Source: Azolla caroliniana (lineage: Eukaryota > Plantae > Polypodiophyta). From it: a DNA stretch of 64,000 nucleotides. The notes under the pieces are model-generated. The model saw nothing but the letters and a program-made list of their open reading frames with translations. It did no database searches and had not been told where the DNA came from. The stretch lies in NCBI GenBank assembly GCA_043228905.1, contig JBHGNT010000003.1, positions 2,108,001-2,172,000 on the forward strand, written 5' to 3'. Shown piece after piece: positions 1 through 11,194 of this stretch. The first letter of the stretch is position 1. The number at the start of each line of letters is the position of its first letter. Made by a program: the position numbers and the translations under genes.

Positions 1-721
1 CGAACTCCGGAGTAGATTTAACACTTCTCACAGCTTTCCGTGAACTCAGCTATATCTTTGCACATGTTCTTCCACCAATATTTTTGTTTGATTTTCACAA
101 AAGTTGCCCATGTTCCTCGATGTCCAGCCCAATCGGATTCGTGAAATTCGGACATTATCCAGTTTCGTTGCTCTTTCATCCCAACTACCCGAAGTGGTAT
201 GCCATCCGGTCTTTTCGGCTCCCTCCATATTAATCCATTTTTCAAGAAGAACTTTCGGACTTGCCGCTTCTTACTTCGGATCTCGGCTCTCTTCTCTTTA
301 TTGTCCAATGATTCCTCGATTTCTTGTAGCACTTTCCCAATCAGCAAGCTTTCTCCCTCGTATTCTTCTTCCCGGAATTCTCGGATTACGTTCACCCAGC
401 ATATGTGCTCCGAAGCAAAGTAGTCTTCGGAAACTTCTTCATTATTGGATTCGGTTATGTCATCTCCGAACCACGCCCTTGATAGCATATCCGCCACAAC
501 ATTGTCTTTTCCGAAGATGTGTCATACCTCCGGATTAAGTGACTTAACATATGCAATCCACCTTAGCATAGCCACATCCGGTATCGTGCAACACCGCATC
601 ATCCCGAGTATCGGAAGACAATCTGTTTCGATCACTACTTCGGCTCCGATCAAATAATCTCGATCCGATTTGATTGCCGACACGACTCCCCATAATTCTC
701 TTTTGACTTGTGCATACCTGC
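1..721 (-). pseudogene. Ty3/gypsy pol remnant (RNase H and integrase zinc-finger region)
   Basis: Minus strand reads YAQVKRELWGVVSAIK...VIETDCLPILG...RWIAYVKSL..*..NVVADMLSR (RNase H, one stop), then FHESDWAGHRG...YWWKNM...SCEKC (integrase HHCC). Interrupted at 721 by another LTR. Confidence 0.85.
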
Positions 722-1293
722 TGTCGTGAAGAATTTCGACCAGAGGCGAAAACCGGGGAACATTGGCTACATCGGCGGGGTGCAGCGTGTGTACGCACCC
801 ATGTACATTTAGTGTGAATATCGAGGGCGCCTTTATGGCGCCGAAGAGTAGTCAAGTCAGGACAGACGATCCCATGTAAGTCGGGATTTGTCCTGCATTG
901 TAATGCCTCCCTTTCCTTGTTCTATAAAAGGAAGGGAACGCCCTTTGTAAAAGGGTTGCCCATTTTGCATTAGAGGGTATACCGTTAGGTTTAGAGTTAG
1001 CTTCTTCTTCTTCTTCTCCTTCGTATTCGTTTAGGGTTTGCTGCAGCTCATCTCCTGCGCAAGACCCCACTCGGCGCGACGAGCCCGTGAGCTCCCCGAC
1101 GGCGGCTTGGCAGCAGACGACTACTGTATTCTTCATATATATATACATACATATACGTTTATGTTTGTCTATGTATATTCGCGTCGTTGTTGGCGTCGGG
1201 TGCTTACCCTCTCCTGCGTTTTCTGTACATAAGGCGTGAGTCGGGTTGAGCTGCGTGTGCGTGTGCGTGTGTGTGTGTGCGTGAGTCGGTGTT

Positions 1294-1387
<94 letters not shown>

Positions 1388-1517
1388 TCGGTTGCTTCCG
1401 GTGTGTTTGTGGGATGCCCTAGAAACAGTGAAGCACGACTCCCTACGCTCCATCACTCTCTCGTCCAAGACCCCCGTGGTCCCGCCTTTCTCCACTCACG
1501 CGCGTAACAACGCAACA
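722..1517 (+). mobile_element. 5' LTR of a Ty3/gypsy-type element inserted into the minus-strand pol
   Basis: Starts TGTCG exactly where host RNase H homology stops and ends GCAACA. TATAAAAG near 923; contains (GT)n and (CT)n tracts; followed by a PBS. The start is less certain than the end. Confidence 0.7.
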
Positions 1518-1521
1518 TATT

Positions 1522-1539
1522 TGGTGAACCCGACGTGAA
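1522..1539 (+). other. Primer-binding site complementary to tRNA-Trp 3' end
   Basis: TGGTGAACCCGACGTGAA is the reverse complement of ...TTCACGTCGGGTTCACCA, the plant cytosolic tRNA-Trp 3' end as recalled. It lies 4 nt after the LTR CA. Confidence 0.85.
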
Positions 1540-1584
1540 AGGTGGCAAGGGAGGATGGAGTAGGAAGACGACGACCATGCGGGG

Positions 1585-2328
1585 ATGGTGGCCGAAGTGG
1601 TGTTGGAGTCGGCACGAGTGGTGATGAGGCGAGAAGCAGCGCAACAAGCGGTTGAGCGAGTGGTCGAAAGAGTCGGCCGTTTCAACGGGGACAAAGTCCC
1701 ATCTTACTTGCAAGCCTACAACGCGGAAATGGAGGAGCGTGGCGTAGACGAGGCGTTGAGGCTGGAGTTCTTCTGTCTGGTCGTAGCTGTCCGGATGCAT
1801 GCGGAAGTAAAGGAGCTCTGTGAGGCTCATAGTTCATGGGAGGCCTTCGAAGAGGCGCTCCTAAAAGCATATGGAGGACGGCGGAAGAGCCGGGGACGGC
1901 ACCACTTCGACCAGTGGGTAGCATCGGCAAAGACCCACCGGGGTGCGACAAAGGCGTTCCAGGAGTTCAAGCGACGACTTGCTCGGCCCCCAGAGCGGGA
2001 ACAAGGTTTGGTGGGGGCGGACAAAGTCCTTTTGTTCGTCAGGTCGATCGACCGAGCGGAACGGGAAGCCATCGGGATTGAGCTCGAAGACGATGATGGA
2101 GCGAATGGGCTTACGGAGGACTAGTCGAAGGTCGGAAGGGTGTGCCAAAGGCTAGACAACGAGCGAGCCGAGAAGGCTAAGAGGAAGGTACGCGACGGCG
2201 TGCCATCACGGCGGGAAGAGGCCGAACGGCAAAGAGAGTCGGCAAGGGTCGGCGTTGGGGCCAGGATTGCGGAGGCGTACGCAGCGCTCAAAGCGATGCT
2301 CGAGGAACAGGGAGGATCGAGGCCATAA
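1585..2328 (+). pseudogene. gag-like ORF with one in-frame stop (TAG 2122-2124, probably from TGG)
   Basis: VERVGRFNGDKVPSYLQAY...WEAFEEAL...DKVLLFVRSID...GLTED* aligns with the minus-strand gag at 2905-3545 (GLTETW). Confidence 0.75.
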
Positions 2329-2349
2329 GCTAAGACCGAGGAGACCGAC

Positions 2350-2905
2350 TTGCCCCACGCGACGGCGGAAGATCGGTACGACGGTACCACAGGAGAGGGT
2401 GCGGAACAAAACGCCCTCTCGATTTGCGGAAATAGAACAGCCAAGGACGAGGCCGAGATACTGATCGCGGAACCGGAACGTTGGGACCAGCGGTCTCGGG
2501 CATGTCAGCCCGAGATCTCGGGCATTGGAGGAGCAAGCCCAGGCAGGGCTTGCGCGATCGGAAAGAAGACGACCGCCAACCACGAAGAGTCGGTGGCTAC
2601 GGACAAGGGCGAAGAACGGACGGGCGATTCCTTGTGTCTTCCCACACTTGCTCCCGAGACGATGGCAGTCGGGCCCGAGTGCCCACGTGAGTCCCGAGCG
2701 GAGGAAGGCGGCGGCGAAAGGGCGAGAATCACCAGCGAGACGATACGGGGAAGGAGCGGACGAAAGCCCACGGACCCAATTCCGGAGAACTCGGCAATTG
2801 GGCCCATATGCCCATGTAAGACCGAGGAGATGGATGGTGGTACCGAGGAGTGCTGGCACGATGCCAGTGAAGACGGATGGGAAACGGATGGTCTTCCGAT
2901 CCGGA
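2350..2905 (+). other. Non-pol, acidic, low-complexity ORF downstream of gag in the same LTR element
   Basis: 190-aa ORF with no protease or RT motif; weak similarity to 4283-5074. Confidence 0.4.
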
Positions 2906-3655
2906 TCTCGGTTTCGGAATAGGTTCTGAAACCCTCTTTTCTTCGTTGGTAAGCCATTGCCCCCTCTTTGTGTATCGCGCGACGATGTCCCGCACGCTTT
3001 CCCATGTTTCGGTGAGGCCACTCTCGGTAGTCATGTCCTCTAGAAGCACTCCAAGATCTTTCCGGTCCCGGACGTCTACGGCTCGTAGGAACATGATAAC
3101 TTTGTCCGGTGCGAGGATAGCTTGATCTCTCGCAGACAACCTCCCGAACCGACTTTCAAATGCCGAAAACACATCGAGGACCTTCATCCCCTTGTCTGGC
3201 GTTTCCACCCAATCCTCGAATCCTGTCCGCATTGCCTTGGAGGAGTCCTCGATAGCGAACGTGGTCTTTAGCGCCTCTTCAAACGCTTCCCACGTCGGAT
3301 TTTGTTGTCGTAGCCCATGGATACTTGCTTGAAGCCCGTCGGTAGCCACCCGGTTAAAGGATGTCACTTGTAGTCCTTCAGAAATCCTGCACCGTAGCAT
3401 TTTCGCCTTGTAGTCCCGAAGATAATGTGATACGTCCTTTCTGTTGAATTGCCCGATCCGTTGCACGAGCCGCTCTACTGTCGTCGCTATCTCCGACATT
3501 GCACGTTGTTCTTGAAGGATCCGCTCGAACATCATCATCATGTTGTTAGCCTCTGGTTTATTTTCCTTCTCCTTGCCACCCGTGTTCACGTCGGCTTCAC
3601 CACTTGTGTCGTGCCTTTCGGCTCCGGATCGTTGCGTGAATCGGTTGGGAACCAC
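2905..3655 (-). pseudogene. gag of the host minus-strand Ty3/gypsy element, truncated at a deletion junction near 2905
   Basis: VERLVQRIGQFNRKDVSHYLRDY...WEAFEEALK...DKVIMFLRAVD; same strand as the pol remnant at 1-721. Confidence 0.75.
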
Positions 3656-3934
3656 TGAGGTTTTGGACTAGGAGAAGAAGAATATGAGATAGTTTTTGTT
3701 ACGAATAGATTGCAAGATGGAAATGTCAAACTTGTGAATCCCACGAGTATAATGTATTAATGGATACTTAGATTGTAAGAGAGAACTAGATGGTAAAATC
3801 GTAAATCCCCCGAATATTTTGTATTAATCAATCCTTATAAAAAAAATCAACAACCCAATACATCTTTCTCTCTTCCTTATATAGTGTTGGAAGAGTCTAA
3901 GTTTATCACATGCAAGCATCATGCTTTTCCTAAT

Positions 3935-4015
3935 TTTAGTTTTCATGCACACTGCATGTGCATGATTAGCTTTACTTTAGTTTTCATGCACACTGCATGT
4001 GCATGATTAGCTTTC
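3935..4015. repeat. Two tandem ~41-bp copies (TTTAGTTTTCATGCACACTGCATGTGCATGATTAGCTTT)
   Basis: Direct repeat visible in the sequence. Confidence 0.85.
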
Positions 4016-4282
4016 TATCCCATCTTTTCTTTTAACTCGAATGTATATGCATGAATAACTTTTTGTACCATGCATATCTAGAATATTTACATGGGATAAA
4101 GTTTAGTATAACTTTAAAATTTATAGTATGCTAGTATAGTGGTAAGGTTGGGGTTTGTCTACGTGGAGGTACAAGGTTCAAATCTTGCCCTATGCACATA
4201 ATAAATATTTTTCATTTTTTATTTTTTATTTTTTATACCTACTCTAAATTGGATATAGTGTTTTACATATTTCACGTAGTGT

Positions 4283-5200
4283 GTGATTCACACTACGACA
4301 CTAGAAGGTTGCAACAAGGGGGAGTTCCAATCTAATGTGAAACATGACATCAAGACAAAGGTGTCGAAGGCGATTGACCAAAGACAAATGGAATCCTTTG
4401 CACATGCTCTAGAGACTTGGGCAGTTGTGGTTCAAAGCCAACGTGAGACCCAAGAGACAAAAGGTGATGGCGGGGAAGCAAAGGTTCAAGCCAACGCAAA
4501 TAACGATGTCGGGGCGTGGCCGACAAATACATATGGATCTCTCCACACTCTTTCTAGAGACTTAGGCACTAACCGATGTAAGACCCAAGAGAAGGACAGT
4601 GACGACGAGGAAGCAAGGTTCGAAGCTGATGTGTGGGGAAAAGAGGCCAAGCAAAGCACAACAAAAAAAGACAAGGGCCAAGTGGGCCAAGAAGATTTAA
4701 AGGGTATTCCTCAAGATATTGATGTAACATTCAACTTGAAGGCGGACACTATCATTAAGATTGAGGAATCAATGGAGAACTCTGACATAAGAAGAAACCA
4801 CAAAGATCGACAAAGTGAGAAGCATGAAAAATGGTCGCGTAAGGATCTCGACATGGGCATACACTTGAAGATACTACATGGGGTATTCAATGCCATTATT
4901 CAAATAATAACTTGTGGAGGAAAACCGAAAACACAACTGCATGACGGGTCAAAGTGCCTTGACCAAGGAGTTGGTCGGAACGAAGGTGGAACATGCATAA
5001 AACCTAAACGGTTATGCTCAGAAGGAGAACAAGGGGCCATGACAACTGGTCATGGTAAATCAAAGAATGCGTGAATGATATGGTGGATTGAGTGGCGACA
5101 ATGGTTCGAGTGAAAGGAATAGACATGCTTGAAATGGAGGAATTGTAACGATCACCGTAGCCGAAATCTCACACTCTCTCTTCTTGACACGTACTAGAGG
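4283..5200 (+). mobile_element. Decayed internal ORF of an LTR element, then purine tract and possible LTR start (TGTAACG, ~5143)
   Basis: 263-aa ORF with no known domain; GAAATGGAGGAAT then TGTAACGATCACC. Confidence 0.4.
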
Positions 5201-5559
5201 ACGTGCGGTTTGGTGGGGGTGGATCTCGTGAAGATTTTCAGCAACGATGTGAAAATTATGTGCAACAAATGAAATCAAGAAGGTGCAATGTGCACGTGAG
5301 AAAGGGGTGAAGGCCACACGCATATGCTAGAATGTTGTAAATAGTATTGAAATGAGAATTGTAAAAGAAAAGCTAGATGTAAAGTTAAACATGTGCACGT
5401 GTGATGTGCGCTCAATTGTAAATATAAAAAATGAGACTAAAGCCTAGTAACATTTAAGTAAATACATAGGGGTGAAAGCAAGGCTTGAACCTTGCACCTT
5501 CAAGGAAAGAGACAAATTAACGTACCACTAAAGCCACTACTGAGTGCTTTAGAATTTGT

Positions 5560-8230
5560 ATATTTTCTTTTCTTTCTTTTTTTTTCTTTCTTTTTTTCCA
5601 AAAAAAACTCCTTCCATTAGTTATAAAATTTTACAAATGAGACAATTATGTACAAGTCCCTGAAGGGACGCGATAGTTCCATCCTATGTGGATGCCCACT
5701 AACTCAAGAAAGGGAGAGGACGAGCATTGTTGGATGAAGGTTATTCGTTGTCTTTCAACTCCCTTAGAGCCGCCCTTAAGGCCATCATATTGGCTCTTCA
5801 GAGTGGCTACAATTTCACTCCATATCTCTTGTTGTAACCTTGTTGGATATGCGGTTTGGTTGGAGAAGACTCGCCTACATCGTTGTTTGCATAGAATCCA
5901 AAGGGTTATTGGGCTGACCAATTCCAACACCTCTTGAGATTTGTCATGAAGAGGAATGGAGTGGACATTGCCGCGGGAGGAGAAAAGGACCTCTTGTGCT
6001 TTTATCACCGAAGTCATCCCCTCCTCCTGATGCTCGTATCTGCCAATTGCAGCCTGCCATGATAGCCAACATATATTTCCCCACTTGATTGAGCCTTGCT
6101 CCTGGCATAATTGCAACAAGCGGCCAACCCCCCGCCATATTCAATGGGACGTTGGGCAGTCCCACAGAGCGCGTGGTATGGATTCTACTGCATGTGGGCA
6201 CTCTACACAATTAGGAGAGCTAAGGTTCCCACGTTGCCATGCTCCCACTAGTAGGGACTTATGTATTAATAGCCATTGGAACGTGGTAATTCGCCTCACG
6301 TGTTGTTGTTTCCAGATTTTCTACCAAAACTTGGTGATTATTGTGGAAGGAACTTGAAATGTGTGCCAGACCTTCGCAGGAGCCGGTTCTCGGGCGTTTG
6401 GAGCAGCTAGAATGTGGCGACCCAATCTAGTTGTGAATTGGAAGAAAGGGATGGGTTTGCTTCCTTGCCCCGCGTAGGGATCACGCCATGTCCATTGCAA
6501 AGGGTCCCAACTGACCTTACGTAGCCATGTGTTTTCATGAGTACATATATGCCAATCGGGTTGTACTTTGATCGGATCAGGATCTGTAATCCATTTATGA
6601 CCAATATACGCAAGTACTCAAATTGCGTTATTCTGTGTTGGTGTCTCAGTGTCTCGCAACTCAGAGCCTGAGCCTTCGAGTTTATCTGGTGATCCCCTAC
6701 CTCTCGGGATCAGAGATCCCTCCTCTTCGTGGCCTATCCATTTCTCCATTGTCATCCTTTGAGTAGCAGATTCCCTAATCAATAGAGCGTTAATGATTTC
6801 CAATCTCATAGTCCATCTGCCCTTGATTCCATGGAGTATGTTCGCCTAATCTTGTAGTGGCATTGACATAAACCGTCGCCAACATTCTATACTTTTTCCT
6901 GGACCTTCTGCAATGTATCCCCATGACAACCCCTTACGTGATCCCAGTAGTTGATTAGATTCATCCTTGAGACATGGGTTCCATAGGATACGTTGACTGA
7001 GCCAAGCAGGTTCGGATCTCGGTTGATCACACTTGAGCCCTCGATGAATGTCACACCATGCCTTCCACATGGATGCACTGAATCTATCCTCCAATTGGCG
7101 AGAGAAACTAGGTTTGAGATCCATGTTTAGAATCCATCTCGTTTGGGGGGCCCAATTGACCCCTTTTCGTGGCCTAAAGTAAGCGAAATGTAACCTCAAT
7201 AGCATTTTCCAATAATCATTTCCTAGTTGGAGTCCTCACACCACAAATTTGGCAAGTAAGGCTTTCGATTGTGAAAGGGGATCAATAAGACCCAATCCCC
7301 CTCTCGACTTAGGCGCTGTGAGTATAGACCATGCCACCTTGGCACGAGCTACATGGTCTTCCTTACCATACCAAATGTAGTTGCGGACCAGTCGTTGAAT
7401 CTAATGTATACTTTCCTTGGAGATTGTCCAACATGATAGACTATACCATGTTGTTGCGAGTAGTACCCGATTTGCCACTATGATGCGACCTACTAGTGAC
7501 AATTTTTTCGAGCTCCAATGTATCAACTTTTGTCGAATGGAATGGATAACAGGTGCAATCATAGTCTTTGGCAGTATGTTGAAACCAATTTGGAAACCCA
7601 AATATTTGGTGCTTGCTCCTTCATTGATCCATTTGAAAGAGGGGTGTGGGTGCCATGCCGGATGTGTTTCCTGAGAGAGCCATATTGCGTAGGATTTGTG
7701 CCAATTGATCATGGCGTTGGATCTCTTCCAAAATATAGCTAGCCCACTTTCTAGGTTTTGGAGGTTTTCCAAGTCCCCTTGTAGGTAGACTGTTGTGTCA
7801 TCTGCAAATTCTATATCCACGATGCTTTGGTGAGAATGAGGTAGGGGAAGACCACGTAGGTTGAGATGCCGCGAGTTGAGAAAGCAAGAAAGTGCTTCGG
7901 CGTATAATAGAAATAAGGATGGAGCTAATGGGCATCCCTGCCATACAGATCGAGATATTCAGAAAAAGGGGCCCCTTTCACCTGCCAACGAAACGCAACT
8001 GCTACCATTCCTATAAAATCCTGCAATGCCTTTGATCCATGTCTCTTGAAAGCCGAGTTTCCTCATCACACTTTCTAGAAAGTTCCAACATACCCTGTCA
8101 TATGCTTTCTCAAAATCTAGTAGCACCACTGCTACCTTATTGTTGGTACGCTTGGCAAGGGCCACTGCTTCCCAGAATGAGAAGAGGTTGTCTAGGATGC
8201 TCTGATTTCTAATGAAACCTGTCAGTATTT
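5560..8230 (-). mobile_element. L1-clade LINE, 5'-truncated and frameshifted (RT and zf-RVT)
   Basis: GFIRNQSILDN...LDFEKAYDRV, QGCPLAPSLF, FADD, KYLG, CVECPHAVESIPRALWDC; T-rich tail on the + strand at 5562-5598. Confidence 0.9.
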
Positions 8231-8600
8231 TGTAGGAAGCAAACATATAGAAACCATGGGCACAAAACCATGGTTTTAGCCCATGGTTTCAGCCCATGGT
8301 TTTTGCATGGAGAGACCTATAAAAGCCTATAGTGGGGCTTGTGTAAGGAGGAAAGTGATGTAAGTAAAAAGGAAACTTTTAATCAAAGATCAGAGTTATC
8401 CTAATGGTGATGTATCTTGTCTCATAAAACTTTCAATATCTATCTCAATCTCTCTCTCTCTCTCTCTTCATCCATCTATCTATCTTCAATACTTTCTCGC
8501 TTACGCTACTAAAAACATCGAATCCTTCCAGTCCAGGACCCCTGTGGTCCCGCTTCATTTCACGAACACGCGAGGATTTCCTCGACAGTGTTGTATCAAA
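8231..8600 (+). mobile_element. LTR (8231-8587) with a degenerate Met-i PBS, truncating the LINE
   Basis: TGTAGGAA...TTCCTCGACA; (CT)n tract; U5 motif CCAGGACCCCTGTGGTCCCGC resembles 1465-1487; followed by TTGTATCAAAG (cf. TGGTATCAGAG). Confidence 0.55.
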
Positions 8601-11194
8601 GTGTAATACCCAAATTCCTGAACATATTTAGTGCATGTCTCATATTGTCGTGAGTATGAGCTAAGTCGCATGGAAACAATGGTTTAGATTGCAAACAATG
8701 GGATGGGCTATAACATGTGTTGGTGTGTGCAGTTTCCCCATTCAATGAAGAACAAGGTTTCTCGTAGGGGTTGGTTGTACAATGGCAAACACTCGTAAGG
8801 TGACCATAAAGTGTGGGACTATGATTAATAATGATGCAAGATCACTGAAAATTCTTGATATTAATGATTCAGCCACAATGTAGACAATGCTTATGAGTCA
8901 TTTGATTTCTCTTCAAGAAAATATTCTAGCCAATGTTTGTGAGGTTAGTGCATGCATTAGTTGACAATGGGAAACTCTATCCAATGACATAGTGCTTCAC
9001 ATCACCCTCTATCTTCAATGTCCTACTTAAGGCATGTTATAGTCCGAAATCTCCAAGCTCCATCCTCGATTAAAGATCACAACTAAGACTATGGATGAGA
9101 ATGATTATCCCTCTCACATTAAATGACATGGGGGGTGATATAATGTCGTTGGGTCCTTCCCTTCACATCCTTATAGGTGTCTTGACATGTTGAGTTTACA
9201 TGTGGGTAATAATATCATAATTTGCAAGTCTAGCTATCTCCATTCCACTTCAATATGATCACATTTGTAATGCATGATTTGATGTTAATTGTGACAATTC
9301 ATTATGGGAAAGAGAGAGAGTTTATATAGATATATCTTGTTATCGTAATATAGCGTGTGAAGCATGATACTCCATGTCTTTGCGGCATTACAAAAAGCCA
9401 ATTCACCCAACAAGAGATTAAGGCATCATGATGCAAAGTGTAATGCATCTCATATTTCAAGTGATTTTTATTTCTCCCTGGCATCTAATCCGAAGGAGGC
9501 ATCATAATGCAAGTGTAATGCATCACATTCTAAGCCACTTCTTCTTTCTTGCTTTTGTCTTCTCTCTTGGATTTTTTGACCTGTTTCCCATGGGGTTTTA
9601 GGAATTCCATCTCACATTTATGAAAAAACACCCCATATAATCCACAACCCTCTCCATGCCCATTAACTTTTGTTATATAACTTTTTGAAGTGGGGTTAAA
9701 GTCAGGCTTTGCATACGGTCTCCATATACAATGTACAATTTCTTTTATACTATTATTTTGACACCTTTTTTGTAAAACAAATCCTTTAGTGAAAACAAGA
9801 AGCATTATTTGAATGCAATGAGGTTAACTTTGTGCGTGTTTGGGAGGGGGGACCCAAATTTCTAACTTCTAAGGATAGATAGGTAGTTAGAGTTTTCATG
9901 TGAGACATCAGCAAAGAGTTGTTGTTAGTTGTTTATATCCAAAAAATAGTTATGAGGTTAAAATATCGATGCAAGAGTAGTGTAAATTTCATTGGTCAAC
10001 GAAAGTTGTTGTGCGGACTAGGCTTCAATAGAGAGTAATTGTTCCTCTTTATGTGATAAAAAGCTTCAAGATGTTGGTGTTATCTTTTTGCGAGGACCAT
10101 GGAATAAAGGAACTTAGATGAGAATAGGGATCTCTAGTAGTGAATGACTTGTCAGGTTATGGAGGAACACATTGTTTGGAAGCATGAAGCATACATTCAA
10201 AACATAGGGGTTGAAAGCGTATGTATCTCCTAATAATTTTGTCCCTTACTCACGATAGGAGACATGTAAGATAATTACAAGAATACAAACAAACTGAACA
10301 ACTAAAGTCTTTACGTCATCATGAGAGCAGATCATCACGAGCATTGAGCATTCGAGTGGTCTACAACATTTCCCTGAATACGTTAAAAGGAAGTAACGAT
10401 CACCATAACCGATTTCTAGAGAGGAAGGGCATAATCGGTATCACAATTTTGGGATGGATTGCCTTAGACGGTTCAATAACTTGCTCAATCTCAACCTTTA
10501 GAATTCGGGGTAAAGCCTAACTAAGCACATCTGCAGCTCCGGAGCTCCGACAAGAGTCTCGAGTTCGAGTGTCCGAAACTCTTGTCTTTGTGTGTAATAA
10601 TAATACTACTACTACTACTACTAATAATAATCATAATAAAAGAAAATACTCCTCTTGGAAGTCATTGTCATGTATTATCAAGCTCTCCTTTTTCACCCTT
10701 TCTTCTCCTTCCATCCTTTTTTCATGTACTATTTTTCCCCCTTCCCTCTCAACGCTTTCTGCAAATTGGACTTCAAACTCTGTCCTTCTTTCCCCTGTTC
10801 TCTCTTCTCTCTTCTTCCTTCTTCAAGCTATCTCCATGGCCACTAGCTGTGCTTGTCTGCATATTGCAAAAACCTCCCTCTAATCTAACATAACACCTGA
10901 GCCTCTTTAGCTTCTTTTTATTCCCCTTTTTCATGGTTTTCTATGTTTTCCTGCTGTGTTTTAGTTCTGATTAACAAATGTAGCTAGAAGGATAGTCGTG
11001 TACATAGTTAGATCACTCAAATCTGGCCATTTTACATGGTCACTCCCTAGTCTATATAACAACTGAATCTATTTTGGCTTCATTTCATGCCCTTTTTCTT
11101 GCTTTTCTATGTTTTCTTTCTGTATTTTACTTCTGATTAACAAATTTAGTTAGAAGGGTAGTTGTGTATATAGTTAGCTCACTCAAATCTGACC

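Noticed and set aside
1236-1538. ORFs with poly-SL or poly-RE (also near 21150, 30140, 43080, 55300)
   Set aside because: Translations of (CT)n/(GA)n microsatellites.
10569-10893. Hydrophobic ORFs upstream of the LecRK as a secreted peptide
   Set aside because: Low-complexity CT/AAT-rich leader DNA with non-ATG starts; only the short ATG uORF was kept.
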